64,000 nucleotides of DNA, from assembly GCA_021323855.1 (NCBI GenBank), contig JAJPKE010000005.1, positions 45,935 through 109,934 on the forward strand, read 5' to 3'. Under the pieces are notes generated by a model. That model ran no database searches and was not told the origin of the DNA. It saw nothing but the letters and a program-made list of their open reading frames with translations. Shown here one piece after another: positions 54,137 through 63,792 of the stretch. This DNA is from Chloroflexota bacterium (GTDB lineage: Bacteria; Chloroflexota; Ktedonobacteria; Ktedonobacterales; JADMIN01). Position 1 is the stretch's first letter. Each line of letters starts with the position of its first letter. Made by a program: the position numbers and the translations under genes.

Positions 54137-56074
54137 TTGTTGTCAACCAATTCTCTCCACGATGATTCGCCAGTCGCAGCTACAGCGCCAGGGATTGACC
54201 CTGCCCTTCCCATTGCTGGCGATGAATCCAGCACCGGCGCGCAGACACAGGAGCGGGTACACGAGCGCACTTCAACTCGTATTCCAGGCGAGCAACGCAG
54301 GTACCTTGCCCATTTGTGGCGGCGTTTCCTGCCGGTTCTGCCGCCGCGCGCCAGGAAGTTTCTGTCATATTACCGTCCCTATAAGGGGTTGTTTCTCGCA
54401 GACATGGCCTGCGCGTTTGTCGTCTCGACCATCCCGTTGATCCTGCCGCTCTGTGCGCAATACATCACGCAAAACGTGCTGGGGGGAAGCCAAACCAATG
54501 CGCTGACGCAGATTTACCTGATGGGCGCGGCGATGCTGGCGTTGGTCATCCTGCATACGACCTGCAACATGTTTGTGGACTATCGCGGCCATGTGATGGG
54601 CGCAAAGATGGAAACCGACATGCGGCGGGAACTCTTTGCGCATTATCAGAAGCTCTCGTTCCGCTTCTATGATGAGCAAAAGACCGGCCAGTTGATGACC
54701 CGCCTGACCAATGACATCTTCTGGCTTGCCGAACTCTATCACCACGGGCCGGAAGATGTCACGATTGCCGTGCTGACATTTCTCGGCGTATTCGTCATTC
54801 TCGTGCATGTCAACGTGGCGCTGACGGCGATCATCTTTGCCTTTCTGACCATCATGGCGGTGTATGCGTTTTATTTCAACAGGCGCATGAACATCGCGCT
54901 GCGCAGGACCAAAGATCGCATCGGCGATATCAATGCCCAGGTCGAAGATGCGCTCGCTGGCATCCGCGTCGTCAAATCGTTCACCAACGAAACCATCGAG
55001 GCGCAGAAGTTTGCCTACGCGAACAAGCGATTTCTCGCCAGCCGGGGCGAAGGCTACAAGAGTGAGGCGTACTTTTCTGGGGGTATGGATGCCTTTACGC
55101 AGTTCATCACCATTGCTGTGATCGTCTTTGGTGGCGCGGCCATCGTGCATGCGTCGCTGAATCTGAGCGACCTGCTGACCTATCTGCTCTGCGTCGGCAT
55201 CCTCGTCGTACCGATTCAGCGCATCGTGAACTTTGCCACGCTGTATCAGGAAGGCATCACTGGGTTCAACCGCTTTATGGAGGTGTTGGAGGTCGAGCCA
55301 GATGTCCAGGACTCGCCACATGCCGTCGAGTTGACACAGGCGCAGGGGCATGTGGAGTTCCAGGACGTCAGCTTCAGGTATCAGCAACACCTGCCCGATG
55401 TGTTGAAGCATATCTCGCTGGACATCAAAGCTGGCGAATATGTCGCGCTGGTGGGGGCATCGGGCGTCGGCAAGACTACCCTCTGCTCGCTGATTCCGCG
55501 CTTTTACGATGTCACGGCGGGGAAGACACTGGTAGATGGCTGGGATGTCAGAGATCTCACCTTACGCTCACTGCGCCGGCAGATTGGCATCGTGCAGCAG
55601 GATGTCTATCTCTTTGCCGGGACGGTGGCGGAGAATATTCGCTATGGCAAACTGGACGCCAGCGATGACGAGATCATCGCAGCGGCCAAACAGGCGAACG
55701 CGCATGAGTTCATCATGGCGCTGCCAGACGGTTACAACACGGATATCGGCCAGCGCGGCGTCAAGCTCTCCGGCGGGCAGAAGCAGCGGCTGAGCATTGC
55801 GCGCGTCTTCCTGAAGAATCCGCCGATCATCATCTTCGATGAGGCGACCAGCGCGCTGGACAACGAAAGCGAGCGGGCCATTCAAGAGGCGTTGGAGAAA
55901 CTGACCGACAACCGCACGATGCTGGTGATCGCGCATCGTCTCTCAACGGTCAGGAACGCTCAGCGCATCGTGGTGCTGACCGATGACGGCATTGGCGAGC
56001 AGGGGACGCATGACGAGTTGATCGCGCTGGGCGGCATCTATGCGAATCTCTACAACATGCGGCTAACGATCTAG
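54137..56074 (+). CDS. ABC exporter, fused permease/ATPase (MsbA-like)
   Basis: 645 aa. Six-TM exporter domain plus NBD (GASGVGKTT, LSGGQKQRLSIAR, IIIFDEATSALD). The start codon is uncertain; the track uses TTG. Confidence 0.85.
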   Translation: MLSTNSLHDDSPVAATAPGIDPALPIAGDESSTGAQTQERVHERTSTRIPGEQRRYLAHLWRRFLPVLPPRARKFLSYYRPYKGLFLADMACAFVVSTIPLILPLCAQYITQNVLGGSQTNALTQIYLMGAAMLALVILHTTCNMFVDYRGHVMGAKMETDMRRELFAHYQKLSFRFYDEQKTGQLMTRLTNDIFWLAELYHHGPEDVTIAVLTFLGVFVILVHVNVALTAIIFAFLTIMAVYAFYFNRRMNIALRRTKDRIGDINAQVEDALAGIRVVKSFTNETIEAQKFAYANKRFLASRGEGYKSEAYFSGGMDAFTQFITIAVIVFGGAAIVHASLNLSDLLTYLLCVGILVVPIQRIVNFATLYQEGITGFNRFMEVLEVEPDVQDSPHAVELTQAQGHVEFQDVSFRYQQHLPDVLKHISLDIKAGEYVALVGASGVGKTTLCSLIPRFYDVTAGKTLVDGWDVRDLTLRSLRRQIGIVQQDVYLFAGTVAENIRYGKLDASDDEIIAAAKQANAHEFIMALPDGYNTDIGQRGVKLSGGQKQRLSIARVFLKNPPIIIFDEATSALDNESERAIQEALEKLTDNRTMLVIAHRLSTVRNAQRIVVLTDDGIGEQGTHDELIALGGIYANLYNMRLTI

Positions 56075-56105
56075 GAACTAGCGTCTGTCAACTCCATCGG
56101 GGCGG

Positions 56106-57659
56106 TCAGAACGTGAGGGTTCCAGAAGGAATAACTTTGCCAATCATGCCACCCTCCCCTCCCTCGTAATCCGTGAACCAGACATTTCCATCGCTGCCGT
56201 TTATCAGGTGGGTAGGGAGGGCACTGGATTGTAGCACGATCTGGTGGACGATTTTGCCCGATGGGGCCATCACCACAACAGTATGAGCATCTTGCTCAGC
56301 AAACCAAATGTTCTTATCCGGGCCGATAGTTATGCCTGTTAGTTTGGCGCGTGTGTCAGGAGCCTTGCGTTCTGTTATTGTTCCTGTTGGCGTCACTTCG
56401 CCAACAAGGCCAGTCTGCTCCGTAAACCAAGCATTGCCGTGAGCATCAACGGCGATGTCGGTCGGATTGGCATTTGCTGTAGGAATGGAAAACTCCTGAA
56501 GTTTCCCTGCGGGAGTTATTTCGCCGATCTGATTCGCCCCGCTTTCCACAAACCATATCGTCCCGTCCACCGTGGCCGTAATCCTTGTTGGTTCAGACTG
56601 GGGTGTGGTAATCGGTAGCACCGAGTAGTCAACTTTGGTTCCTACGCCGTAAGGCGCTGCTCCTTCTGGTTGAAATACGAAGATAGCGTTCGCCTTCTTC
56701 AAAGTAACCCAATACTTTCCATGACTGCTGACAATACCGTAGGGCTGAGCATCAGCGACCGGGATAGAGAATGTATTTGAATAGCTCTGGCTTTGAGCAT
56801 CAAAATATGCGATGGCATTTATGCCTGGCTCTGTCACCCAGAGTGTCTGGTTATCGGGTCCCAGAAGGAGCTCTGTGGGCTCTGTGTTTGGGCGATTGTT
56901 GGTATATTCCGTGATGACTGGACCTTGCTGGCTGCAACAGGATCCAATTCTGTTGTCCTGATCTTCGGTAAACCAGATGGTCCCGTTGGGGCCAGAGGTA
57001 AGATCATAAGGTCTGCCTCCTCCTCCAATGCCGTAGATTGCAGTTGTATAAGATATGGTCAGAGGTCCAGGATTGAAATGCTGAACAAGGTTAACGATCC
57101 CAACGGAGAGAATGACGCAAATAACGATTGCGGCAATGACGGCAAGCGCAACAGGTAGTGAAAAGATCGCAGTCAGGCGAGCGAACAAGTTTTTACGATT
57201 CACCTCGAAGATGGTGTCTTTGCGGGTTGGTCTGGAAACGGCAATCCCTATCGCTTGTGAAAGGAGAGCGATTTGTTTTTGGTATTTCTCTGGAGATAGG
57301 GCAGGCGTGGGGATATCTCGAAAGTCCAGGAGCTGGAACCGACTAATATTCTTTGGCACTGCGGGACAAGATAAACAATAGATGGGAATGATCGGTTTCT
57401 TTTGGCTCTGCGCATAGCGAATCTCTTGTTGGACCCAGGGTGAGGCAAGCGCCGTCGGAGAGAGAATGAGCAAAGTCACCTGGCAACGGTCAATCGCTTC
57501 TCGGATTTCTGCGTTCCAAATCTGACCAGCCTCAATCTTGCGACGATCAACCCAGGTTTGATATCCACCATAGCGCAGATGGGCTTCGAGCGTGTCCACA
57601 AAAGCGCTATCACTGCGCGAATACGAAATGAAAAGTCGAATTGGCTGGCTGACTGCCAT
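56106..57659 (-). CDS. TIR domain - TM helix - seven-bladed Vgb-like (virginiamycin B lyase-type) beta-propeller protein
   Basis: 517 aa. TIR: RLFISYSRSDSAFV...LLILSPTALASPWVQQEIRYA. TM: LPVALAVIAAIVICVILSVGIV. Seven G(P)(D/N)G.(I/L)WF(T/V)E-type repeats. Visibly lower GC. Confidence 0.8.
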   Translation of the reverse strand: MAVSQPIRLFISYSRSDSAFVDTLEAHLRYGGYQTWVDRRKIEAGQIWNAEIREAIDRCQVTLLILSPTALASPWVQQEIRYAQSQKKPIIPIYCLSCPAVPKNISRFQLLDFRDIPTPALSPEKYQKQIALLSQAIGIAVSRPTRKDTIFEVNRKNLFARLTAIFSLPVALAVIAAIVICVILSVGIVNLVQHFNPGPLTISYTTAIYGIGGGGRPYDLTSGPNGTIWFTEDQDNRIGSCCSQQGPVITEYTNNRPNTEPTELLLGPDNQTLWVTEPGINAIAYFDAQSQSYSNTFSIPVADAQPYGIVSSHGKYWVTLKKANAIFVFQPEGAAPYGVGTKVDYSVLPITTPQSEPTRITATVDGTIWFVESGANQIGEITPAGKLQEFSIPTANANPTDIAVDAHGNAWFTEQTGLVGEVTPTGTITERKAPDTRAKLTGITIGPDKNIWFAEQDAHTVVVMAPSGKIVHQIVLQSSALPTHLINGSDGNVWFTDYEGGEGGMIGKVIPSGTLTF

Positions 57660-57911
57660 TTGGGCCTGCTTTCACTATATAAAGATAAGATGGGAAACAG
57701 AAAGCAGCAAGCACTACATTTAACAGCAGTCGGATTATGTTATCAGCGCCTATAGTAGGCATCTACGGAACAGTCTACAAACTCAATACCTCATACCTCA
57801 TCGCGTTTGATTGGTCGAGTTTTGGTGATGAGCATGGTATGACAGCGCTCAATTATTTTACATACACACTTGAGGCAAGTGTCAAGAGAAAATGATGGTA
57901 TGATAGCTGTA

Positions 57912-59738
57912 CTATTGATCCAGAGGCAGGCGTATCTCGCAGATGGTGCCTGCGCCCACCTGTGAGCGTATCGAGAGGCTGCCGCCGTGCGCCCCGGCGA
58001 TCCACTGCGCGATGGCGAGGCCCAACCCGCTGCCGGTTGGCCACTCATCATCCCTATCATCTGGCTCATCCGGCGCTGTTGGTAACACCGACAGAGTGGA
58101 CCCATTCTCCACACTGCCCGCAGTAACAAGCGCAGGGGGCGTGTGCTGGCTATGCGTGCGTGACGGGTCCACACGATAGAACCGCTCGCAGAGATGCGGC
58201 AGATGTTCGGCGGCAATCCCCGGCCCGTCATCTTCTATTAGTAGCGCCGCCCAGTGTTGTCCATCCTGCTCATAGCGGTCCAGAGCAATATGCACGCAGG
58301 CGCCAACGTTCGCGCTGTATTTCAGGGCGTTCTCGACGATATTGGTCAGCATGCGCGCCAGATAGAGATGGTCCCCCTGAACGACGATATCCGGCAGCGG
58401 CGCCATCGTCAGTTGGAGATGGTTCTGGCGCGCCAGCGGCGCCAACCGCTCCACCACCTCCAACACCACCTCGCCCAACTCCACCGGCTCATGGCGCACG
58501 TTGGATTGCCCGGCGTCCGCCCGCGCCATCAGCAGGAGGTCGTCCACCAGCCGCGCCATCGCGCCGTTTTCCTGCTGAATGGCCAGGAGCGACTGGCGCT
58601 CCTCCGGCGTCAAGTTTGGATGAGCCAGCAGGCGGTTGGTTTCCAGATTGACGATGGTGAGCGGCGTGCGCAGTTCATGGCTGGCGTCGGCGGTGAACTG
58701 GCGCTGGCGCGTGAACGCCGCTTCCAGCCGGTCCAGCATATGATCGAAGGTTGCGGCCAGTTCGCCCAGTTCATCGCGCCGGCGCAGTTTGAGCCGCTGG
58801 CTCAGGTCGTGCGCGCCGATCTGCTGCGCCGTGCGCGTAATCGTCTGCACCGGGCGCATGGCAAGGCCCGCCAGCCAAAAGCCCCCGAACGAGGCGATCA
58901 ACAGAACCAGCGGTGCAAGGGTCAAGAGGACGCTGGCGAGGTTATCGAGCTGCGCCTGCACCTCGTTGGGGGTGCCGACCACCAGCAGCGCCACCTCCTG
59001 TTGCTGTTGCGTGCCAGGCTGCTGGCGCATGATCGGCATGCTGGTCACGCTATACAAATCGCCGCCCAACCCGCCGTCCGGCAGATTGAATTTGAGGCCC
59101 ATCTGGATGGACGGATAGGTTCCACCAGCGGCGGGAGTACGCAGCGCGTTCGTTTGCAGCACAGTGCGCACCAATTGATCGAGTGAGGCGCTAGTGAGGG
59201 ACTGCGCTGGCTCCTGTTTGAGGCTGCCATCCGGCGCCAGCAGCAACACGACTTCACGGCTGGGAAGAGAATCGAGCGCCGTCTTGCCCAGTGGAGACTT
59301 TCGCGCAGGAATGACGCCATATTGCGGCGTATAGTCCAGTAGACCCGTCTGGTCGTCATAGGTGGCGGCAATCTGTTGCAGGCGCGTATCCAGTTGCTTG
59401 TTGAGGTCATCATAGAGATATTTTTGCTGGGTGTAGTAGATGCCAAAGGCCAGCGCGATGATGACCGCTGCCAGCACAGCGATATACCAGAGCGTCAGCC
59501 GCATGCGCACGCTGAGCAGCAGGCGCAGCGGATAGCGCCAGCCGTCGCGCCGGATGCCGCGTATGAGCAGCCCCGCCACGACGAGCGCCACTGCGCCAAA
59601 AAACAGCGGGATATGGGTATACGAGTTCACCTGAAATATCAGCGTGACGAAGGCGGCGGCGCAGGCGAGCAACACCAGCGCCAGCGCCAGGCGCAGTATC
59701 CAGCGGCGCATACCGACCTCCTTACTGCTTGCGTTCAT
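57912..59738 (-). CDS. Sensor histidine kinase
   Basis: 608 aa (alternative start ATG 59711). Two TM segments flank a large extracytoplasmic domain. H-box FTADASHELRTPLT. The HATPase domain carries a 40-aa lid insertion. Confidence 0.85.
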   Translation of the reverse strand: MNASSKEVGMRRWILRLALALVLLACAAAFVTLIFQVNSYTHIPLFFGAVALVVAGLLIRGIRRDGWRYPLRLLLSVRMRLTLWYIAVLAAVIIALAFGIYYTQQKYLYDDLNKQLDTRLQQIAATYDDQTGLLDYTPQYGVIPARKSPLGKTALDSLPSREVVLLLAPDGSLKQEPAQSLTSASLDQLVRTVLQTNALRTPAAGGTYPSIQMGLKFNLPDGGLGGDLYSVTSMPIMRQQPGTQQQQEVALLVVGTPNEVQAQLDNLASVLLTLAPLVLLIASFGGFWLAGLAMRPVQTITRTAQQIGAHDLSQRLKLRRRDELGELAATFDHMLDRLEAAFTRQRQFTADASHELRTPLTIVNLETNRLLAHPNLTPEERQSLLAIQQENGAMARLVDDLLLMARADAGQSNVRHEPVELGEVVLEVVERLAPLARQNHLQLTMAPLPDIVVQGDHLYLARMLTNIVENALKYSANVGACVHIALDRYEQDGQHWAALLIEDDGPGIAAEHLPHLCERFYRVDPSRTHSQHTPPALVTAGSVENGSTLSVLPTAPDEPDDRDDEWPTGSGLGLAIAQWIAGAHGGSLSIRSQVGAGTICEIRLPLDQ

Positions 59739-59755
59739 AGCGTTTCAGCGTTTCA

Positions 59756-60445
59756 TCACGAGCGGCGCTGTGGCTCGCGCAACCGGTAGCCGACGCCGCG
59801 CATCGTCTCCAACATCTCGCCAGCGAACGGCTCATCTATCTTGCGGCGCAGACGGCGCACATAGACATCTACGATATTAGAGACGCTGGTAAAATCGTAG
59901 CTCCAGATATGGTCCTCGATCATCTCGCGGGTCAACACCTGATTGGGATGGCGCAGGAAATATTCGAGCAGGGCAAACTCTCTGGCCGTCAGGTCAATAT
60001 GCTGCCCTTCGCGCTGCACCACGTGCGTCGCCGGGTCGGCGCTGAGGTCGCCAAGCGTCAACAGGCCGGTCTTCTGCGGCGCATTGCGGCGGAGCAGCGC
60101 CCGCAGCCGCGCCAGTAGTTCATGCAGCGCGAACGGCTTGACCAGATAGTCGTCGGCGCCACTGTCCAGCCCGCTCACCCGGTCCTCGATGGCGTCACGC
60201 GCCGTCAGCATCAGGATCGGCGTGTTGATGCGCTGCCGGCGGAGCGCGCGGCAGACCAGAATACCATCTTTTCCTGGCAGCATGACATCAAGGATGATCG
60301 CATCATAGGCCACGCTTTCGGCATACGACTGGCCCTCATCGCCGTCGAAAACGGCATCCACGGCATAGCCTTCGTCGAGCAGGCTCGCCTTGAGCGAATG
60401 GCTCAGCCGGTGGTCGTCTTCAACCAAGAGTATTCGCATGCGCAC
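59756..60445 (-). CDS. OmpR/PhoB-family response regulator
   Basis: 229 aa. ILLVEDD...ILDVMLPGKDG receiver plus a winged-helix domain. Confidence 0.9.
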   Translation of the reverse strand: MRMRILLVEDDHRLSHSLKASLLDEGYAVDAVFDGDEGQSYAESVAYDAIILDVMLPGKDGILVCRALRRQRINTPILMLTARDAIEDRVSGLDSGADDYLVKPFALHELLARLRALLRRNAPQKTGLLTLGDLSADPATHVVQREGQHIDLTAREFALLEYFLRHPNQVLTREMIEDHIWSYDFTSVSNIVDVYVRRLRRKIDEPFAGEMLETMRGVGYRLREPQRRS

Positions 60446-60576
60446 CTGCTCCTATTGGCAGACAGGAATGTCCGCCCTACCTGATATAGCTCTCGTTTCT
60501 TCCAGTATGGCACGGCAAGATGACATGAAGATGACGACCGATAACACTGGCTTTCCAATGTGGCATAGGGTGGTGT

Positions 60577-63129
60577 CTAGGTAGGGTGCAGGAGTTGCGC
60601 GCAAATTATTTCTGGTTGGTCAGCATAGGTCTCGCCGCGCCCCCAGGCGGCAGCGAATGTCTCATTATCCATCTGCTGTCTGATATGTTCGCGGACGGCT
60701 GTGAAGTCGGCTTCCTCAGATGGCGGCAAAGGCGCGTCAATCAATGTGCGCAATCCGGTAACGGCTCCGCCAATCAGTGCTGCTTGCTCCATAGCGCCTT
60801 CTCTCGCCAATAGCTCCATCCAGCCTTGCAGCGTCACGGCAATACCTACCTTCTCGCCCAGGGCAAGGCGAAGCTCCAATGCCTCGGTCATCGCGCTGCG
60901 AGCCGCTGCAAGATTTCCCAGGTGAATCGCCACGCCGCCCAGATTCGTCAGCACGAGCGCAATGCGCTGCTTATCTCCGAGGCTGCGGAAGAGAGTGAGT
61001 GACTCCTCAAAATAGGACCGGGCGCGCGCATAGTCTTTCAGTGCAAGGGCAGCGCATCCCAGGTTGGTCAGCGACGAAGCAGTGCCAAATGTATCGCGCA
61101 GTTCGCGGCGGATGCTCAGGCTTTCCTCATGATGCTGGATGGCGCCTGCGTAGTCTCCCTGGATGTGCAGTACCTCGCCCAGATTGTTGAGCGAGATGCC
61201 CATGCCCCAGCGATCCCCAATCGCTCGCCGCAGTTCCAACCCCTGCCGGTAGCGTTCAGCCGCCTGGGTATAATCACCATGATAGAGCGCGATCACCCCA
61301 AGATTGCTGAGCGCCGCCGCGATCCCTGTGCGGTCCTCATTGGCGCGAAAAATATCCAGGCTTCGTGTAAAGGCGGCTTCCGCAACGTCGTAATCTCCCT
61401 GCACCCACGCCAGTGACCCCGCGCCCTGATACAGCTTGCCCAGAGACGCAGGCGGCACCTGCTGCTCGCTCGCCAGCGTCTCCGCGATCCATTGACGGCC
61501 CTCGCTGACATAGCCGTGAAGCCACCAGAAGCGCCACAACGCGGCGCCGATACGACCAAGCACGTCAAAACGCTCCTGGCTTGTGGCCCATTGTAGTGTG
61601 GCGCGGATGTTAGGATAGTCGCTTTCGAGCAGATCTAGCCAGTGCTGCTGCTCCGCGCCGACCAATTCTGGCTCTGCGCGTTCGACCAATTCCAGAAAGT
61701 AGCCAGCATGACGCTCGCGAGCCGTTTCATCGGCGTCAGTTTCAGAGAGTTGCAGTAGCGCAAATTCGCGGATTGTCTCAAGCATCTGGAAGCGCGGCTC
61801 GCCGTCGCCAGCATTGCCGCTCAGCACAATGAGGCTCTTATCGGCAAGCCGGTCGAGGAGATCAGTGGTATCTTGGTCCATCCGGCAGACCGCCGTGGCC
61901 GCCTCAATGGTCCAGCCGCCGACGAACACGCCAAGCATATGGAATGCTCTCCGGTCGTCTCCCTTCAGCAGCCCCTCGCTCCATGCCAGCGCATTCCGCA
62001 AGGTTTGATGGCGCTCTGGCATATTCTCCGGGCCGCCGACGAGCAATCCCAGGCGATTATCCATATGCGACAGCACCGCGTCGAGCGAGAGACGGCGCAT
62101 GCGAGCCGCCGCTAGCTCCAGCGCCAGCGGCAAACCGTCGAGATGCGCGCAAATCCTGGCGACCTGCGGGGCGTTGCCAGCGGAGAGCGCGAACGCGGGC
62201 TGCACGGCGCGCACTCGTGCCACAAAGAGGCGAATCGCTGAACTCGTCTGGAATGCGCTCAAGAGAGGCGCTGCGGCAAGATCAGGCACGTCGAGTGGCG
62301 GAACAGCAAATTCATATTCGCCGTAAAGCTGCAAAGGTGTCCGGCTGGTGACCAGCACCGTCAGGTCCGGCGCTTCTGTAAGCAGTTCAGCGATTACACC
62401 GGCGGCTTTGAGAACATGCTCGAAATTGTCGAGGACAAGTAGCGCACGGCCCTGCCGTAATGTCGCCACGATCTGCTCACGCAACGTATCAGGCGTATCG
62501 CTCGCGATCTTGAGCGCGCGTCCAATAGCAGGAAGCACATAGCCTGGCGCGGTGATGGCGGCAAGGCTGATGAAATAGATGCCGCCTGCATAGCCTTCTT
62601 GCAGATCTATCGCCAGTTGCACCGCCAGCCGCGTCTTGCCGACGCCACCTGTGCCGGTGAGCGTCATCAGGCGCGCACCGGCAGCGAGTAGTTCTTTGAT
62701 CTGTTGCAATTCCGTTTCGCGTCCGATGAGCGGCGTCAGAGGCGCAGGAATGCCCAGAAGAGTTGCGGACGGTCGAGAACTGGCAGTTTGGGGAGAAGAC
62801 GTTGGCGATGAGGACGGCAATGGCGCCATTGGCGACAACAAACTGAGCGGTGGTTGTTGCCATTCGGCTTCGCTGAAGTGCTGCCTGCCCATATCCATAT
62901 AGGAGAGCATCTCTACCACTTCAGCCTGGGAGGTAAAGGCCAGCCAGCGGGCGAGGATCACCACGATCTGTTTGATCTCAGTGTGCGTCAGTTGCGAGTT
63001 GCTAATGCCGTTGAGCTTATGGCTGAGAACATCAGGATTCAGGCCGAGCGCAGCGGCCAGCGCTTTCTGCGATTGCCCTATCAGGCGAAGATACGATTTC
63101 AGTTTGGCGCGAAAAGCCTCTAGTTGCAT
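60577..63129 (-). CDS. STAND-class NTPase regulator: XRE-type HTH - NB-ARC/AAA - TPR array
   Basis: About 850 aa. ATG 63129 has GAGGGG upstream (the track start is 63150). HTH GQSQKALAAALGLNPDVLSHKLNG. Walker A GTGGVGKTRLA, Walker B LLVLDNFEHV. C-terminal TPRs repeat the (A/S)L.NLG pattern. Confidence 0.8.
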   Translation of the reverse strand: MQLEAFRAKLKSYLRLIGQSQKALAAALGLNPDVLSHKLNGISNSQLTHTEIKQIVVILARWLAFTSQAEVVEMLSYMDMGRQHFSEAEWQQPPLSLLSPMAPLPSSSPTSSPQTASSRPSATLLGIPAPLTPLIGRETELQQIKELLAAGARLMTLTGTGGVGKTRLAVQLAIDLQEGYAGGIYFISLAAITAPGYVLPAIGRALKIASDTPDTLREQIVATLRQGRALLVLDNFEHVLKAAGVIAELLTEAPDLTVLVTSRTPLQLYGEYEFAVPPLDVPDLAAAPLLSAFQTSSAIRLFVARVRAVQPAFALSAGNAPQVARICAHLDGLPLALELAAARMRRLSLDAVLSHMDNRLGLLVGGPENMPERHQTLRNALAWSEGLLKGDDRRAFHMLGVFVGGWTIEAATAVCRMDQDTTDLLDRLADKSLIVLSGNAGDGEPRFQMLETIREFALLQLSETDADETARERHAGYFLELVERAEPELVGAEQQHWLDLLESDYPNIRATLQWATSQERFDVLGRIGAALWRFWWLHGYVSEGRQWIAETLASEQQVPPASLGKLYQGAGSLAWVQGDYDVAEAAFTRSLDIFRANEDRTGIAAALSNLGVIALYHGDYTQAAERYRQGLELRRAIGDRWGMGISLNNLGEVLHIQGDYAGAIQHHEESLSIRRELRDTFGTASSLTNLGCAALALKDYARARSYFEESLTLFRSLGDKQRIALVLTNLGGVAIHLGNLAAARSAMTEALELRLALGEKVGIAVTLQGWMELLAREGAMEQAALIGGAVTGLRTLIDAPLPPSEEADFTAVREHIRQQMDNETFAAAWGRGETYADQPEIICAQLLHPT

Positions 63130-63359
63130 CGGCGGCCCCTCATTGTTCATTGTTCATTTTTATACAGAGGCTTACCTGAAGTTCTGCCCATTATACACGT
63201 ATACACGTCGAAGCTCGTTATCGTATTGTTGCCGGTTGTTGACTGATAATAGGGGAAACGGGCGATTAGGCGATGCGAGCAGCACGTCACCCATCCTCTC
63301 ATGCCATACAGATAGAGAGAAGATGAGTGACAAAGACGGAGTGTTGATTGTTTAGGGTA

Positions 63360-63698
63360 TCACTTCACAATAAATACCCGCGTGAGCAAGATGACGCCTA
63401 CCGCGACTATGGCAAACACGCCAGCGGTTCCCAGCAGCAGCGGCAACGGCGAGGAGGTAGTGGGTGGTGGAGGCGCAGGGATACGCTTGCGCTCTTCCTC
63501 GGAGGTGGCATGGCGGCGTGCCAGTTCCAGCCGCAAACTTCCTTCTCCGCGCGCCATCGCCCAGCGATGATTTGCCGCAAAGATGGGCTTCAGCAGAAAC
63601 GAGAAGGAGCGCAGTAGTGGCTTTTCGGCGCGAATCTTCCAGTCATATTCGATCATGACATCCGGGCCGCGCTGCGTATCCGCTATTCTCCGACGTTA
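63360..63698 (-). pseudogene. 5'-truncated remnant of an SRPBCC (polyketide cyclase/START-like) gene with a C-terminal TM tail
   Basis: The reading frame IADTQRGPDVMIEYDWKIRAEKPLLRSFSFLLKPIFAANHRWAMARGEGSLRLEL resembles only the last 50 or so residues of SRPBCC domains. An in-frame stop at 63696-63698 cuts off everything upstream. Confidence 0.4.
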
Positions 63699-63719
63699 CA
63701 TGAAGATACATGAAGATAC

Positions 63720-63763
63720 ATGAGGGAGACCAGAGATAATTCATGTTATCTGGCCTCCCTCAT
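63720..63763 (-). terminator. Imperfect hairpin downstream of the right-edge membrane gene
   Basis: ATGAGGGAGaCCAGagATAA-ttcatg-TTATCTGGcCTCCCTCAT, about 30 nt after the stop at 63793-63795. Confidence 0.35.
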
Positions 63764-63792
63764 ACGCCGTGTGAGCTACTGCGGCGCGTCGT

